64,000 nucleotides of DNA from Balanoglossus misakiensis (Eukaryota; Animalia; Hemichordata): NCBI GenBank assembly GCA_040954595.2, contig CM082578.2:10547166-10611165 (forward strand), written 5' to 3'. The notes below the pieces were generated by a model. That model ran no database searches. It was not told where the DNA came from and was given only the letters and a program-made list of their open reading frames with translations. The position numbers and the translations under genes are program-made. Of this stretch, positions 50,901 through 64,000 are shown in pieces. Each line of letters starts with the position of its first letter. Within the stretch, counting starts at the first letter, position 1.

Positions 50901-53900
50901 TCTGTATCATTACTGGAATGGTTCAAACCTTAAGTGGGATGGCTTCATAATTATCCAGAGGTCTCTCGGTGATCGTGGCTGCAAGACTGTCCAACAGGGA
51001 CGTGATATCATCGTCGGTGGGGGCAAAGTAATAGCGCCCTCCTGTGTTCTCGGACAAATCTCGGAGATCGCTCTGGGCATCTTGCGAGTACGCCAGAGTA
51101 TCAACAATAACGCCGGCTTCGAGAATTTCATCCAGGACTTCCGAGATATGAGGAGGAGACGTTTCCTTGCCGTCAGTTATCAGAAGGAAGAACGACCCCT
51201 TTGTTGACACGTTGCCGTTTCGCAGTGCCTATTAATATACACGATATAGGAAAGACGAATTTGTTGATTTGCTGAGCCGCGTGCAAATTAAAAAAGACGA
51301 GGATTTTGGCCAAAATTGAATGATCGATACAATTATTTGCCTTTTTAGGATGAATTCGTCAATTTGATAACACACTGAAGCCAGTTTGTGTGCGTGTGTG
51401 TTCATTCTTATTTTGGGATCGGTGTATCCACAGACAAAATGTCTGTGGTATATCTTTTTGTATATGTATGGCACTGTTGCACAAATTGGAATTATAACGA
51501 ATGGCATCTGATTGATTGATCGGTTGGTTGGAAAGAAGTCTGTCAGCCATGTACTAGTTAACTTGTCAGAGGTTATAGTCCGTCTGTCTCTGTCTGTCTC
51601 TCCCGTTAAGCGGAATGATATAACTTACCTCAAGACCGGCCCGTAATCCGGCACCAATGCTGGTCCCTCCGCCTGCAACTGAAGGTACTTTAGCAGCCAA
51701 GTCCTTCCGCTGAGCAGCGCCCTCGATCAGAGTCATGTCGGCGAGAATGGTCGCCTTGTTGGAAAACCCCACAATACCTACAAGACTCCCATCTTCAACG
51801 GTGTTCTCGATGTAGAAGGTTGCAGCCTGACGTTGTCTGGATATGGGATCACCCTGCGACAGATCAGAAAAAAAGCGGTTAGTATTGAGGAACTGCAGCC
51901 TTGCAATTCGGTTGCTCTGGTGGTCGTCTTGGTAACTGTTATTATATAGGAAGGCAGTCGTGAGTCGTTCTCTTTGCCAGCAAGGCAAACGACACCACCT
52001 ATCCAAATCGTTCACGTTTCGCGCTAGCTGAGTATTTCAGTCCCAGAATTTGCCTGTTCGTTTTCAAGACCTGGCGACAAAGTCCAGCATGCCTAGCTCA
52101 GTGAGCTACGGTAACATCAGCTGTGTGTACTCAAGACCAGAAGACGTACATGTATACTTACGCGCATACTCCCCGACGTATCGAGAATAAGGACCACCCT
52201 CCTCATCCCGACAGTTCTCACCACTCGGAACGACGGCGTAGTGTCTGCTCCGTCCACTGGCGGATTCGCACCGTCCGCAAAATCAGGGTGTCTCTCCATG
52301 ATTTCCCAGGCACTCTTTCCGTTGCAGAATTTGTTCTGTCTGTTCGGCGCCTTCCTTGTGTGGTGCCCGTTTGAATCTCCATGGTTACCGTGGCAAAAAC
52401 TGTCCACCTGAAAAGGTACCGAGAGATAACTTTTATGGGGTACTTTTATCGTCTGAGAGTGTACTCTCAGAAAGATGTCTAGGTGTATACTGCTGAATTG
52501 AGCGCGTAAATAGAAGAACTATCATTATTTGAGAAATGAAAAATCACTAACCGAGTCGATCCACTGAGCATACATGATCGAAGCTATCACAGATTCGTCT
52601 TGTCTGGCGTCCGGTACAAATATGCAGTCCAGGTGCGCGGGCGGTGGCTTGCCATTTTCGATCAGATACCGGCAGACGTCCTCGTCCGCGCCGTATACCT
52701 CCCCAGACGATATGGCTTTGGCGCACCCAACTGGTCGGACAACACCCCCGTCTCTGTAGAAGTGCGGCTCGCCCTCGTCGACGACATACTCGTCAAACAG
52801 TCCCCACCGAAGGTGACCCCATTCGTGTACGATGACCTTGTCTGTGAGTGAAGTGCACGGTGATTAGTAAAGCCTGACAGGTCGTCCACGACAAACTTTC
52901 ATCTTGACCCGTACCCTGTGATCGTTATATTATCCTACCAGCATATTTCATTTACCCAGTCAGTCCCCACTTAATACCGATTACTTCAAAGGAAACTTTC
53001 AAGGCATTCAATATGTAGCGTAATAATATAATCATGAATTATTTTATATTACAGCACTGAAATTAGTATTTGGATCGTAACTGTGTCACTGAGGAAAGCA
53101 CCACAGAGGGTCTATGCCTAAACGAATTGTTAATTCCTTACAGAATTGATCGCCTTACAAATTGCCGCATGTTTCCGCGGACTCAGTGACATAGAAGTCG
53201 AACAGCTGTCAAATGTAAGAAAATATACTGACGCATGGGTCCTTGTTGGTCCTCCGTCTTCGGATCCAGGAAGAAATTTCTCGTCAGGTGCATGCTGTTG
53301 CCGGGTTCTCCGCACGTGGCGTACTGCTGCACGTAAGGCACGTCGCCATATTGTGGATGGGGCGCGGCGATTTGGACTTTGGCGGTGTTGAAGAGCTCGG
53401 TCGTCGCCACGTCGTACTCTGGGCTGTCGCTCCAACTCGACGGCACCAGTATGGTTACATTACGAAAGTAAGCGCGTTTGTGGGTCGCGTTGTACAAGGT
53501 CTCCGATGCCTCCGTGAACACAGCCTGTAAAGTCAACAGGTGGTTTCAAAAATTATGGCCTACGCGCTGCAAAAAGGTTCAAATAAAATTTCAGTATATA
53601 TTGCATTCTTATCGCCAAACATTCAACATGATATACATCCGCTCACTTTTAATTAAAAACCTGTGACGCGTGAACTTTCTAGGCCTTCCTTTCTGACCAG
53701 ACTTGCTCTAATATAATACGAGTGAAATGTTTAGCCTTGGTCTAGTTTTACCCGAGAAAATTCAAAATATGGCGTTTATCACCAAATTTATCACCAAAGT
53801 TTTTTTTTAGATGGCCCAAATTGAACTGCGAGATATATGATGGAATAAGTATTCTGTAAAAGCAAACTCTCAAACAAAACTATTTTCGTTTATCAAGTTA

Positions 53901-54425
53901 GTTTATTCTTAATATCCACAGCACCTTATTTTCCTATGTATCGTTACGGATTTTATTACAATTGTGTCATGTACTTATCGAGTTCAGTAACTTTGCCAAA
54001 CTCTTTAAGTTGTACCTTTTGGACAATATCTGGAGAATACTTGTTTCGGAATATCTCAAGTTCAGCCTTCTGGTCTACAGATTATAAATATCCAATTAAG
54101 ATATTATGGGGCTTTGGAACGTATTGAATAAGTTTGTTTTACATGAGTCTGCACAAATGGTGTGCCCCCGCTGACCCGTTCATGAACACGCCCTTACTGT
54201 TGACGCCGCCGTTCCCGGCGGCGCGAAACCTTCACCTGGTGAATGTGAGTTTACCTTGATGCTGTCAAGGAGTGCGGCGCTTTCATCGACGTCTCGGTGA
54301 ATGGCGACCACGACGCCTTCGTAGCCGTTGTTCCGCAAGGTGATGCCAACAGTCGGTCCGCCCGTACAGGAATAATCCCCAACGGCAGTCAGTAACACGA
54401 ATAGGCACTGCCATCGTGCCACCAT
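47943..54425 (-). CDS. CLCA family zinc metalloprotease / calcium-activated chloride channel regulator, membrane-anchored, long cytoplasmic tail, 11 exons
   Basis: Signal peptide plus ITLRNNGYEGVVVAI; AYFRNVTILVPSSW; zinc site HEWGHLRWGLFDEY; APNRQNKFCNGKSAW; vWA MIDAS DTSGS; GADIAKDDGVYSAYF; FN3 FPPSRIHDL...WTAVGD; TM AAVIILVSSVSGAIFLAIVVIVVISV. Confidence 0.93.
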
Positions 54426-57400
54426 GTTTACCGGAAGCGAGGCACACAACTGAAGTCTCTTTTACAGAAGAGAAAACACATCGAAAGCCGGAACACTTCT
54501 TTGTAAAATAAAACAAGGGTGTCACCTTCGACACCGTGTCCCCATGTCCTCGGGTCGGGTCAGGGAGTCGTCAGCGGACAGGGAAATTCACGTAATCGTA
54601 CACTAGAACGGTTTAATGTCCTTTGCTTTGTTGGCTCGTTGCGCAAAGAAGGCTTCAATGTGCGGCGTATGGAGACTCCTCCCCGCCCTATGTGATATAT
54701 GACACTTGCTATTTATACAGCCCGAAGCACAGAAGTGGCCCGTTCTGTTGCGATTAATAGCCACACCGCGTAATTTATAGACACACTTTCCACACGGTAT
54801 ACCGTGTAAACCATAACCGTAACAAGGCACGTACCATTGCACTATGGGGTACGTTTATAAGTCTGCACTCTCCTCTGTGAGGCATCCCATGGCTGGTATG
54901 GAACAAGTTTTCACATCGAGTGCCACAATAATTAAAACACACATTTATTAGACGCTTTGATAAGAGCAAATCAATGTATTGACTTAATAAGGTTATCGAT
55001 TCTCACGAAACAAGGCTTCTACGCCCCCCCCCCCATCCGCGAAATGGGACAAAAATATCTCAGTGTATGGTTTTGCCATATTGCACATGGTATTTTGTTT
55101 GCGTGTTATGGGACAACTACTTGACGGAAAATACCGATTTCTCCGTTGGATCACGCAGGTAATAAAAATTAAAATTATTTTACGTGAAACACCATCTATC
55201 GGTCAAGCAAGATTTTATACGTCACAACCGCAGGTCGCCGAACGATGTAACATGATTTCAGGCGATAGATTATTGCCGGATACCAATAACAAATATCAAC
55301 ACATTCTTGGGGCTATTAAAATTACTCGTTTAATAGTAACGCGTTGTTACCAACGACGGAACTACATTCCAAAGATCACTTTACTGACCCTCCCCTGAGC
55401 TCTAGAAGCCAAATGTCCCAGCTTCAATTTGGCAGATTAAACTTGAATTTTGAGCTTATACTGTTGAGATTGACTTAGAATATTAGACGGGCGACCCCCC
55501 CCCCCTCCTCCATACTGCCACCTATACCGGCATATATTCAGCCCTGGAGAAGGTAGGAATGACAAATTCGATGAATCGTGGTGTCTTCAGTCGGTCGAGG
55601 TCGGTGACTCTCACTGTGGATCGGAGGTCAACCGGGTGTGCCGCACATATACACGGTAGAAATCGGAATTCAGAAGTGAACTTTAAACCTACCCATGCAA
55701 CCTGACGCCGACGCCCACTAATTAGGGAGCCTCCAATAATTAGAGCTGGAGGGTGCGTTGGGATTTCGAGAAGTCAACGTGTATTATTGCAGTTAGACTC
55801 GGGGGGGGGGGCATCTTTGTTTCCAGATTATTGAGAATTTTGACGACAGTCATACACGGCAATATATTTGGATTTACTTACTAGAATAGGTTTGTAAATG
55901 TCTTCCTAAATTTTCCATTTTAGTTGTTAACATTAATTGACTCGGTGGAAACATCTACAACTTCAAACAACAAATCAAAAAAGCAAGATGTCTGGAAACC
56001 AAATTGTTACATCGCCAGTGAAAACGACAGCTGCTGGTAGACCGGCGTTCTACCGACAAGAGGCGATTCACATTATGTTGTGGACATAGCTTATTTTTTT
56101 CTTCACCCGTGCTGGCGTTGAAAAGTTGTACTACGCGTCGGCCAAGTCAAGCTTGAAACTGTTTTGTTCGCAATAGTTGTTTGTGTTTCGGGTGTGGCTC
56201 GGATAACATGTTGTTTGTGTTGAATTCCACTCAAGCACTTACTGTTTAGCTGAGTGGTATGCAATAACGACAGATCCTTCAAATAATTTTTGATTAACAA
56301 CTGGTACTGTGTTCATGACATCCAATACTACGGCCGCTTATTATCCCCGAAAGTGACAATCCTCTCTGGCTAGACCACACACTGACTCCAGTACGCCAAG
56401 TACTGTATGTTGAGTAGGGGTTATAAAACTGTCGAGAATATACTGTAACACAGTATATGTGAAGTTAAAAATAATAATAATCTAGCTCTACAAAGGTCAT
56501 GGCATTATTTGTTAAGGGGTGCAGGAGTGTTTCGACTGGCTATGTGGAAGTAACAAAACGTTTAATGTTTTTGTACCAAGATATGACCTTATTCACTGAA
56601 GAACACGTCGAACACCCCAAATTTGACCCGTTTTCAACATTCGGAGACCACACTTCTCTGCTCACATTGACCGACGTTTAGAAGAGAGGACTTTTACACG
56701 TGCTCAGCTGACTCTCAGGCCGGTGCTTACATGATGATTGCCTTCGGTAGCCAACGAAAAATGTTCGGGTTAAGGGTCAGCTTTACAATCATGTTATAAT
56801 TATCACCTGGCACGACATGGTTACCAGCTGTTTCTATCGTTTGTTCAACTTTAAACTTTAACGCTGAAAACAGTGAATCAGATGTGTAGTGATTCTGATC
56901 ATGAATACAAACAGGAACAAACAATAATACCCACAAAAATAATTATATAAATATAAATAAATGTTGATGATGAAATTAAAACACTTTTTTCGTCGCGGCT
57001 GGTTGAGTAACGAATGTGAATAATCATTGCCATTGAGAATGCCACAACCAGTTTTAGAAACCACTCAAAACTAAATTCCATTCCTTAAATATATTTAGCA
57101 AAGGAACTTTAATAAAAGTTTAAGTTACTGTATATATACATGACTTACAAAACGAGACCCTGTACATGTTCGGAAGGTCCGTCAAAATGTAACTTGAAAT
57201 TTGAATTACTGGGATAAAATTACAAGGTATAGGTATACATGTACATCTAAAACAATTTAACTGGTAAAATCACATTATGATACATATAGTACAATGTAAA
57301 CTGGTAGAAAATTTCCTTCGGTGATTTGTTTGAATGATATGAAAAGTAACTGTTGTAAGGTATCCTCTGTATCTGTATCTGCATTGTGTGTTGATTTCCA

Positions 57401-58080
57401 AAAGTTCGTCGGACGGATCAAAAACTATGCTTATTGAAACATGTTTGAGAAGATGGATGGAGTCGTTTGGTCAAACGATCATCTTTCGCCTTGCATGATC
57501 TTTGCAGGTACCCATTGGCATTGTAAAGGGTCTTATCAAGAAAACTTCATAATGTTATAAGGGTCGGCCGTTAAGCGTTAAAACCCCATGAGCTGCCATT
57601 TTGTGCATGTGATGAAACACTTCAATCGTTCCCTTATCCTCAGCCGACAGACGACGCCATTTTGGATTTGTGAAGATTCTAATACGAATGTGCGCATACC
57701 ACGATAGTTGTGTACTCTTGCAACGGGAAGCTGAATGAACAGCTTCGACACCACGTACAGTCAATTATCACACAGGTTGATAATACGATTGAACATACCC
57801 GCCAAAATCTTGAAACTAATGCAAAAGGTATCAGCTCATGGGCCTTTAAGATATAAAATACGGACACGAGAAAAATGACCAGAAATATATTGCGAATATT
57901 GGACGGCAAAGTAAATGGACAATATTGCCTATAGTATATTGCACTGAAAATATAGTGCTGAACAATGATAATATATGTATAACATTTACATTACATATGT
58001 TACAAATTATATTATATACCATATTCTAAACATATCCGTGATAGATTGTGTGGAATGATGACGTCAAGCCATCTTGAGAC

Positions 58081-61000
58081 CTACGGTACCACGACCATAG
58101 TTTCGTTGTGATAGCCGCTGCTGTTCTGATGTATTTCAACATCCGCGACCTTGTTCTTATTTTTATGCTTCTGACAGCTTGTCACGGCGATAGCGACGAC
58201 GGTCACCACCAACACTACCGCGATGAGGCAACCCACGGCAATCAGAATGATTTCCCACTCTGCCAACAGCGGTGGTTCCGCGTCGGGGTCGTCGGGGACC
58301 ACGACCAAGGTGGACTGCGCGATGTTGGAGACTGCGCCCTCGTTGCCAACTTCGTCAACGGCCCGGAGGGCGAAGTAGTAGGTCGCACCCTCTCCCCTCA
58401 CTGGCATGACGACGGTGACGGTATCCAATGCCCCGGATGTGCTTGGACTGGACAGATTACCGACAACAACGCTCTCGCTCTCGATGGGTGTTGCTAATTC
58501 AAATTCGTCGATCAGTGAGGAGAAATTATACGCGAAGCGTAGGTCGTAATGGTGAGCTGGATGTAAAAATAATAAGAGAAAAATATTAAGTAAAGTTTTG
58601 AGCGGCATGTGACGGATATAGATATAGAACATTTTGAGATTCATTCGAAGTTCGTAATACCAGAATGAAACGAAGCGGTGAAAATGTCCATCCCATACCT
58701 GTTCCTTGGTCCAAATCGTCTCCAGTGGCTGTCCATTGTAGCTCGATCGTTAAATCGTCGTATGAGGTGGACGACACTCGGAGATCGCCTATTCTCTCTG
58801 GCGGGAACAGGTCTGTGCCAGGATCTGCATATACGACTTCATCAGCAACCTGTATGACTCCGCCAGAGGCGATTCTGTTGAAGGCACCTACGGGGGTTGG
58901 ATCTACAGGTTCTGGTATAACGGCTGTGGAATATAAATGTATTTTTTTTAGCAAAAGTTGCCTTTGCATTTAGTATAGTTGTAATCAGTTCCTTCATAAG
59001 TCTAAATAATACCAGTGATTGCGTCAAATGCATAGTTGACCTTTGAACCTGCTATATATTAGTCATTACTATAAAATATCATACGAAAAGTATAAAGGCT
59101 CCAATTCGATTAAAACTTTTCAGAACGACAGTGGCATCTCCAGAACATATACTCACAGAAGTCTTTGGGAAGCGCCCCCATTCGGCCCTTTGCAGTCACT
59201 GCTGTGTTGCCGTCTCGATCGCTCGCCGTCACCTGAACGCTGTAACGACAGGAGGCCCCGCACGTAGCTTGCACGAAATCTACGAAGTAAGCCGAGTATG
59301 TTCCGTCGTCTTTTGTAATGTCTGCACCTGTAGGGGGAATGAGGAAATGTTTTATTCAGTAACCAGTTTCTTTACAGGTGCATTAGTCCTTTTCATCCAC
59401 TTTATCCAAAAAGGTTTCGATAGCGAGAAATGTTTCAATGGAAACCAAACAATGTCCACCACATAAACATTCGATGTCAAACAAGAACTGTTTCAAGAAC
59501 CGGCATCGGTGATCCGTCATAAGCGTCTCTACTTCGGATTAGCAAAACTGAACCTCGTTTCCGATGACTTTACTACTCAACCAATCATGCATCGATTGTA
59601 TACTTACCATTGCCGTTGTCAAAAAGCTGCAACTCGATTGGCGGATTCAGGTTCGGTTCGGGACGGTCAATAATAGCAAACACAGTCGCCCCGGTCACGG
59701 GGACATAACCACGACTCAGCTCTGCATAGATGATCGCTTTCGGCGGCGACTCCGTTATGGTGTTACTGCTGAGTGTCGACGTCAGGCGAATAGGAGACTG
59801 GCTCGCGTCGGACGATTTCGACTCCACGGAAACTTCGACGACCTGATCCGCCGACGGGTCAATGTTTTTAACCCGGTAGCTCCAGATCCCATTCTGAAAG
59901 CCAAAATGAAAACCCACTTCTTTAACGTTTTCAGAAAAAAGTTCAATTATTGTATTCTTCTTGTGATTTCACACAGTAAAATAGCGCACAAACAGTTTTC
60001 AAAAATCATTCCAATCTATACACACCTCAGCCACTCCGGGAACCTCTATGATGACAGTGTTCGTAGCATTGTCGACGATGTACTCGGGCATCCCCATGGA
60101 GATGACCTGACCACTGGGAGAGGTCAGCGTCACATCGATACCCGATGTCTGCCAGAAGAAGAAGAAAGTCGTGTCCTTTCCGACTGACGAGTCCATTGGA
60201 ACGCTGCCCGTGAGATCCCTGCCTGCCGAGACGTTGGTCTTGTAACTGACAAGCTAGCAAACAAATAGGGAAAATATATTTTTAATGTTCTGGAACATAT
60301 ACATCTTTTCTAATGGTTACACTGCTGCAGTATACACAACGTACGTGGCTGGCTACCCTACATGCCCACACATTCCGGACCCCAAAAGCTTACCTGGACA
60401 GCGACGGTCTCATCACCACAAGCGGTTGAAGCCACAGTTGCCGCGAATGCGTCGTGGAGGGCGGTAGACTCGGTACTCTCAGAGTAGTAAAATGACAACC
60501 CGTTGGTGTCTTCCGACAGCTCCGTCAACTGGGCGTCCGCCGCGTCGCTGAAGGCAAGCGTGTCCACGATCACTCCCTTGTCTATCAGCATGTCCTTCAC
60601 GTCAGCGATGTACGGAGTTAAATTCTCCGCGCCATCACTGACCAGGAATAACTTGCCGCCAGAGGCCGTTAGTCCGGGCCCATTCTCGAGAACCTACCAA
60701 AACACGAACGTGAGAAAAGTCTATTTAGCCAAAATGCCACGACCACGAACGAAGTTCTGATCCCCGGTATCCATAAACCAGAATCCATGTCTCTCCGTCC
60801 TGCAGTTACCGATCGAGAATGGTGACGGATGACGATCGGGCTGGCAATAGCCAGATAAGGTATAAAGTGCGTTTAATATGGTTACATGGTCGATTGGTAA
60901 AGTTCTCATAGTGCGCACACATAGGCCCTGTATCCATGCTGTGCCATGAAGTACGGGTATTGGTCGCTTAACAAATACAGAGAGAGAGACACGCCATGCA

Positions 61001-62995
61001 GCACATACCTCAACGCCTTCTTCCAGACCACATCCGATGCATGTTCCACCAGCCGCAATCATCGGCAGGGCGTCGACTAGGTCATCTCTGGTGTCCGGTC
61101 CGTCCACCAACACCAAAGGCGACAGCGTGTTGCCCGTGGTGGAAAATTCCACAATTCCGACGTAGGTGTTATTGGGGACCGTGTACCTCAGATATTTCGT
61201 GCTTGCCTGGATCATCAGCTCAAATCGATTGTTCTGAAACCGAGCATTGTTTCTCAGAAGGTGAGGTTTAGGCAAACGTGAGAATATATGACACATACTT
61301 GACGATCAGGGAAGTCCTCCCTTTCGATTCACTTTATGATCTAGTTTCCGATAGGTAAAAGTTTAACTTACGGAGGTCATGCTACCAGATACGTCCAGTA
61401 CCATCACGATCCTCGGTTCGACGTGCTTGACGATTCGGAAAGAGGGCGCTGTGTTGGTTATTTGCCGAGTGGGGTTGGTGCCGTTGATGAAGTCGGCGGT
61501 GGTCAGCATGACTTCCCAGGAGCTCCTGTATCCGCACAGTTTGTTCTGCTTGTTTGTGGCCAGCCTGTTGTGTTTAGCCTTCTTGTCCTTTCCGTCGTCG
61601 CCGTGGCAGAAGGACACGACCTGCCGGGGGAAAAATCAGCATCTATCAGCATCTAATGTCAGCGTCTATGACGGTGCAGTGTGAGAGACGTAAGTGATTG
61701 AAATGTAGGCCATGTTTATGTAAATTTATTTTAATTACGACACGGAGGCACTGCAGAAAGGGCGCTGCGGAAGTCTGTATTCGACGGAAGCCGGACCATG
61801 CTACGGATGACTATACACCTGATCTACTCGGATGCCTATATTATACGAGAATATCGGTTTGTGATATTGGATCGGATGTGTATGTGTAAGGTCAGACTGC
61901 ATCTTTGACAGAAAAGTCAACCTGTAACAACTCATGTAGACGCACAGGGCTGTGCTAGAGGAATATGGCTTTTAGCTTTTCATTTTTATGCCAGTCAAAC
62001 GAAAATCAATATCGATTACCAGCATACCGCAGAATGTGTAGAGTGCAACGCATCGTTATGTACAACACGAGACGATCTTGGTTCTGTCGTAAAACGAAAA
62101 GTCCATGCACACATTTCATGATAGATGATGCAGTAAAATTGTCAGGTGTTCAGCAATTGGAGCCCCTGTTGACTACTCACCGAGTCTAAGTAGTTGGCGA
62201 ACGCGTACGAGGAAGTCCCATCGTTGTTGTTGAGATCGGGGAAGAACCTACAGCCAGGGCCGGGCATGACGCCCTTGTTGGGGTTCTTGTTGCATTTGGC
62301 GTAACCGTTGTCAATGTCCCGTGTCTGGCCGGTGATGGCCTCCGAGCACCTGGTCGGCTCCACTCGGCCCTTTTCGTCGTAGTAGAAGTGCTCGTCGTCG
62401 TCGATGGCGTACTCGTCGAAGAGGCCCCAGCGCAGGTGGCCCCACTCGTGTACAATTACTTTACCTGGTGGCAAAGGGGACAAGAACAGGGAGAATTTAA
62501 GACCGGACAGCGTATATCAGCTTGGTAAATGCTGCATTATTTGTTAAATACCAGGCACTTGTTGGCTTTGCACGGGTCACCACACTACCACTCGTGAGCT
62601 GAGTGGTTCTGTTTTAATTTTCAGTGACGGATGTTACATTACCTGATTCTCCCCAATAGTATGGTTCTGTTTTAATTTTCAGTGACGGATGTTACATTAC
62701 CTGATTCTCCCCAATAGTACTCGGAATAGGCCACGTCGGTCAGCCATTTTGTCGTCAGGTGCATGTATTCTCCGGCTTTGCCACAAGGCTGGATCTGTTT
62801 GACGTACGGGTTGTCGCCGTACTCCGGATTGGGTTGATCCACCACGACGTTGGCGATGCAGAACTTCTCCGTAGTGGCGGCTTCGTCGGCGAGATCATCG
62901 CTCCACGTCCGCGGGATCAGGATGGTGACGTTCTTGAAGTATACGCGTTGCTCTGAGGCCTCGTACAGGTACGAAGACGCACTGGTGAAAACTTC
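58081..62995 (-). CDS. CLCA family paralog 2, membrane-anchored, short tail; first coding exon not identified (probably beyond the window)
   Basis: EVFTSASSYLYEASEQRVYFKNVTILIP; HEWGHLRWGLFDEY; vWA DVSGS; GADITKDDGTYSAYF; FPPERIGDL...WTATGDD; TM IILIAVGCLIAVVLVVTVVAIAV. The exon structure is collinear with paralog 1. Confidence 0.92.
62604..62719. repeat. Exact 58-bp tandem duplication spanning a splice donor of CLCA paralog 2
   Basis: 62604-62661 is identical to 62662-62719. Confidence 0.92.
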
Positions 62996-64000
62996 CTGAA
63001 AGGGAGGAGGGGGAGAGAAAGGGAATTAAGAGACGTGGATGTAGAGGTGTGAAGTTAAGGAAACTTGGCATCATTATGATGCAAGAACTTTACAAGAAAG
63101 ACATTCTCAAATTCGGAGAAGACTTGTGTAGGTTAAAACTTCTTGATAAACACCTTCGTTGCTTCAGTCTTTAATAACTTGTTCCGAAGACAAGTGTCAG
63201 AGAAAAATCAACTTCAATCAGAACGCCGTGAATTTGTAATCCATTTATTGCCTTCGGTATGATAATCTGGCTTTGTCACATTTTTAACTTGAAGGGTATG
63301 GGTGGACCAACGTTGATGAATATGGGGGAGAAAGTTTGGTATTACTCCGCGGAATACTGATTTCGCCGGGAGATGTACACGACACAAGGAGAAGCACTCG
63401 TCAAACTTACGCGTAGCTTTATAAATGTAATCTTTTAATTTTGCTCTATCTATCAAATTTGATTCGACTGATATGACGCAAGATATTGAATCTGCGCCGA
63501 TCACGCCTTTTTGAGCCACAATCATGATTAGACAAATCAAGAACATCTCTGAACTGTGGTGGCGTGGAGGTCATGTCACCTGTTCCTCTCGTACAAAACC
63601 TGTATTCTCTCGCAATAGTTGGTAACGTGTAGTACGCCGTTGCTATATACGCCGCAAACCACAGTGGCTCACAGTGCGAGTCGCACAGTGGCGCCAGATG
63701 GACGGCGATTGAGTGGGTGACGTCAGTGACCCAATCGAACCAATCAATATTTACGGTACTCAGGCTGGCCGGATGACCCGTTGACCGGCATAACATACTT
63801 ATATCCCAATAATTCACGTTGATAGGTTGTTGTTTGTCTTGTACTCGTGAGTGTTATTCCCCATTATATGCATCCACTTCGCGCCGGATAAGTGCATGAG
63901 TTTAATGCCCCGTACTTACGCTACCTTGCTTGCGCAAGACCCAGACGTCGCGGTTGCTGTTTTATTTTGCCCCCCAAAAATCACAAAGACCACGGGCTTG

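Noticed and set aside
9151-55812. Scattered poly-G/poly-C runs as G-quadruplex elements
   Set aside because: They appear to be a general background feature of this DNA, with no positional pattern.
53700-56100. Repeat-like tracts around the CLCA1 5' end (also ~29300-29800)
   Set aside because: They look like decayed transposon remnants, but I could not define termini or coding motifs.

Overview
This is eukaryotic, intron-rich genomic DNA from a metazoan, probably an invertebrate deuterostome such as a hemichordate or echinoderm (inferred from gene content and repeat style). It holds eight protein-coding genes. In order: a prestin-like SLC26 anion transporter (-); two tandem, recently duplicated LRR-Ig-TM receptor genes with intronless CDS (+); a POMGNT1-like GT13 gene with two FAM3/ILEI domains (+); a multi-exon MAGE/NSMCE3 gene (-); an SLC6 glycine/amino-acid transporter (+); and two tandem CLCA genes (-, the second truncated at its 5' end by the window edge). 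It also contains a non-autonomous Helentron, several MITE-like palindromes and mini/microsatellites. The strongest novelty candidate is the LRR-Ig pair, which looks VLR-like: it differs by four 144-bp two-LRR cassettes, varies mainly at concave-face residues, and carries IRF/NF-kB-like motifs and a furin site. Next are the FAM3-FAM3-GT13 protein, which keeps lectin residues but has lost catalytic ones, and a CLCA with a long tyrosine-motif cytoplasmic tail. Exon coordinates were read by eye and may be off by a few bases.
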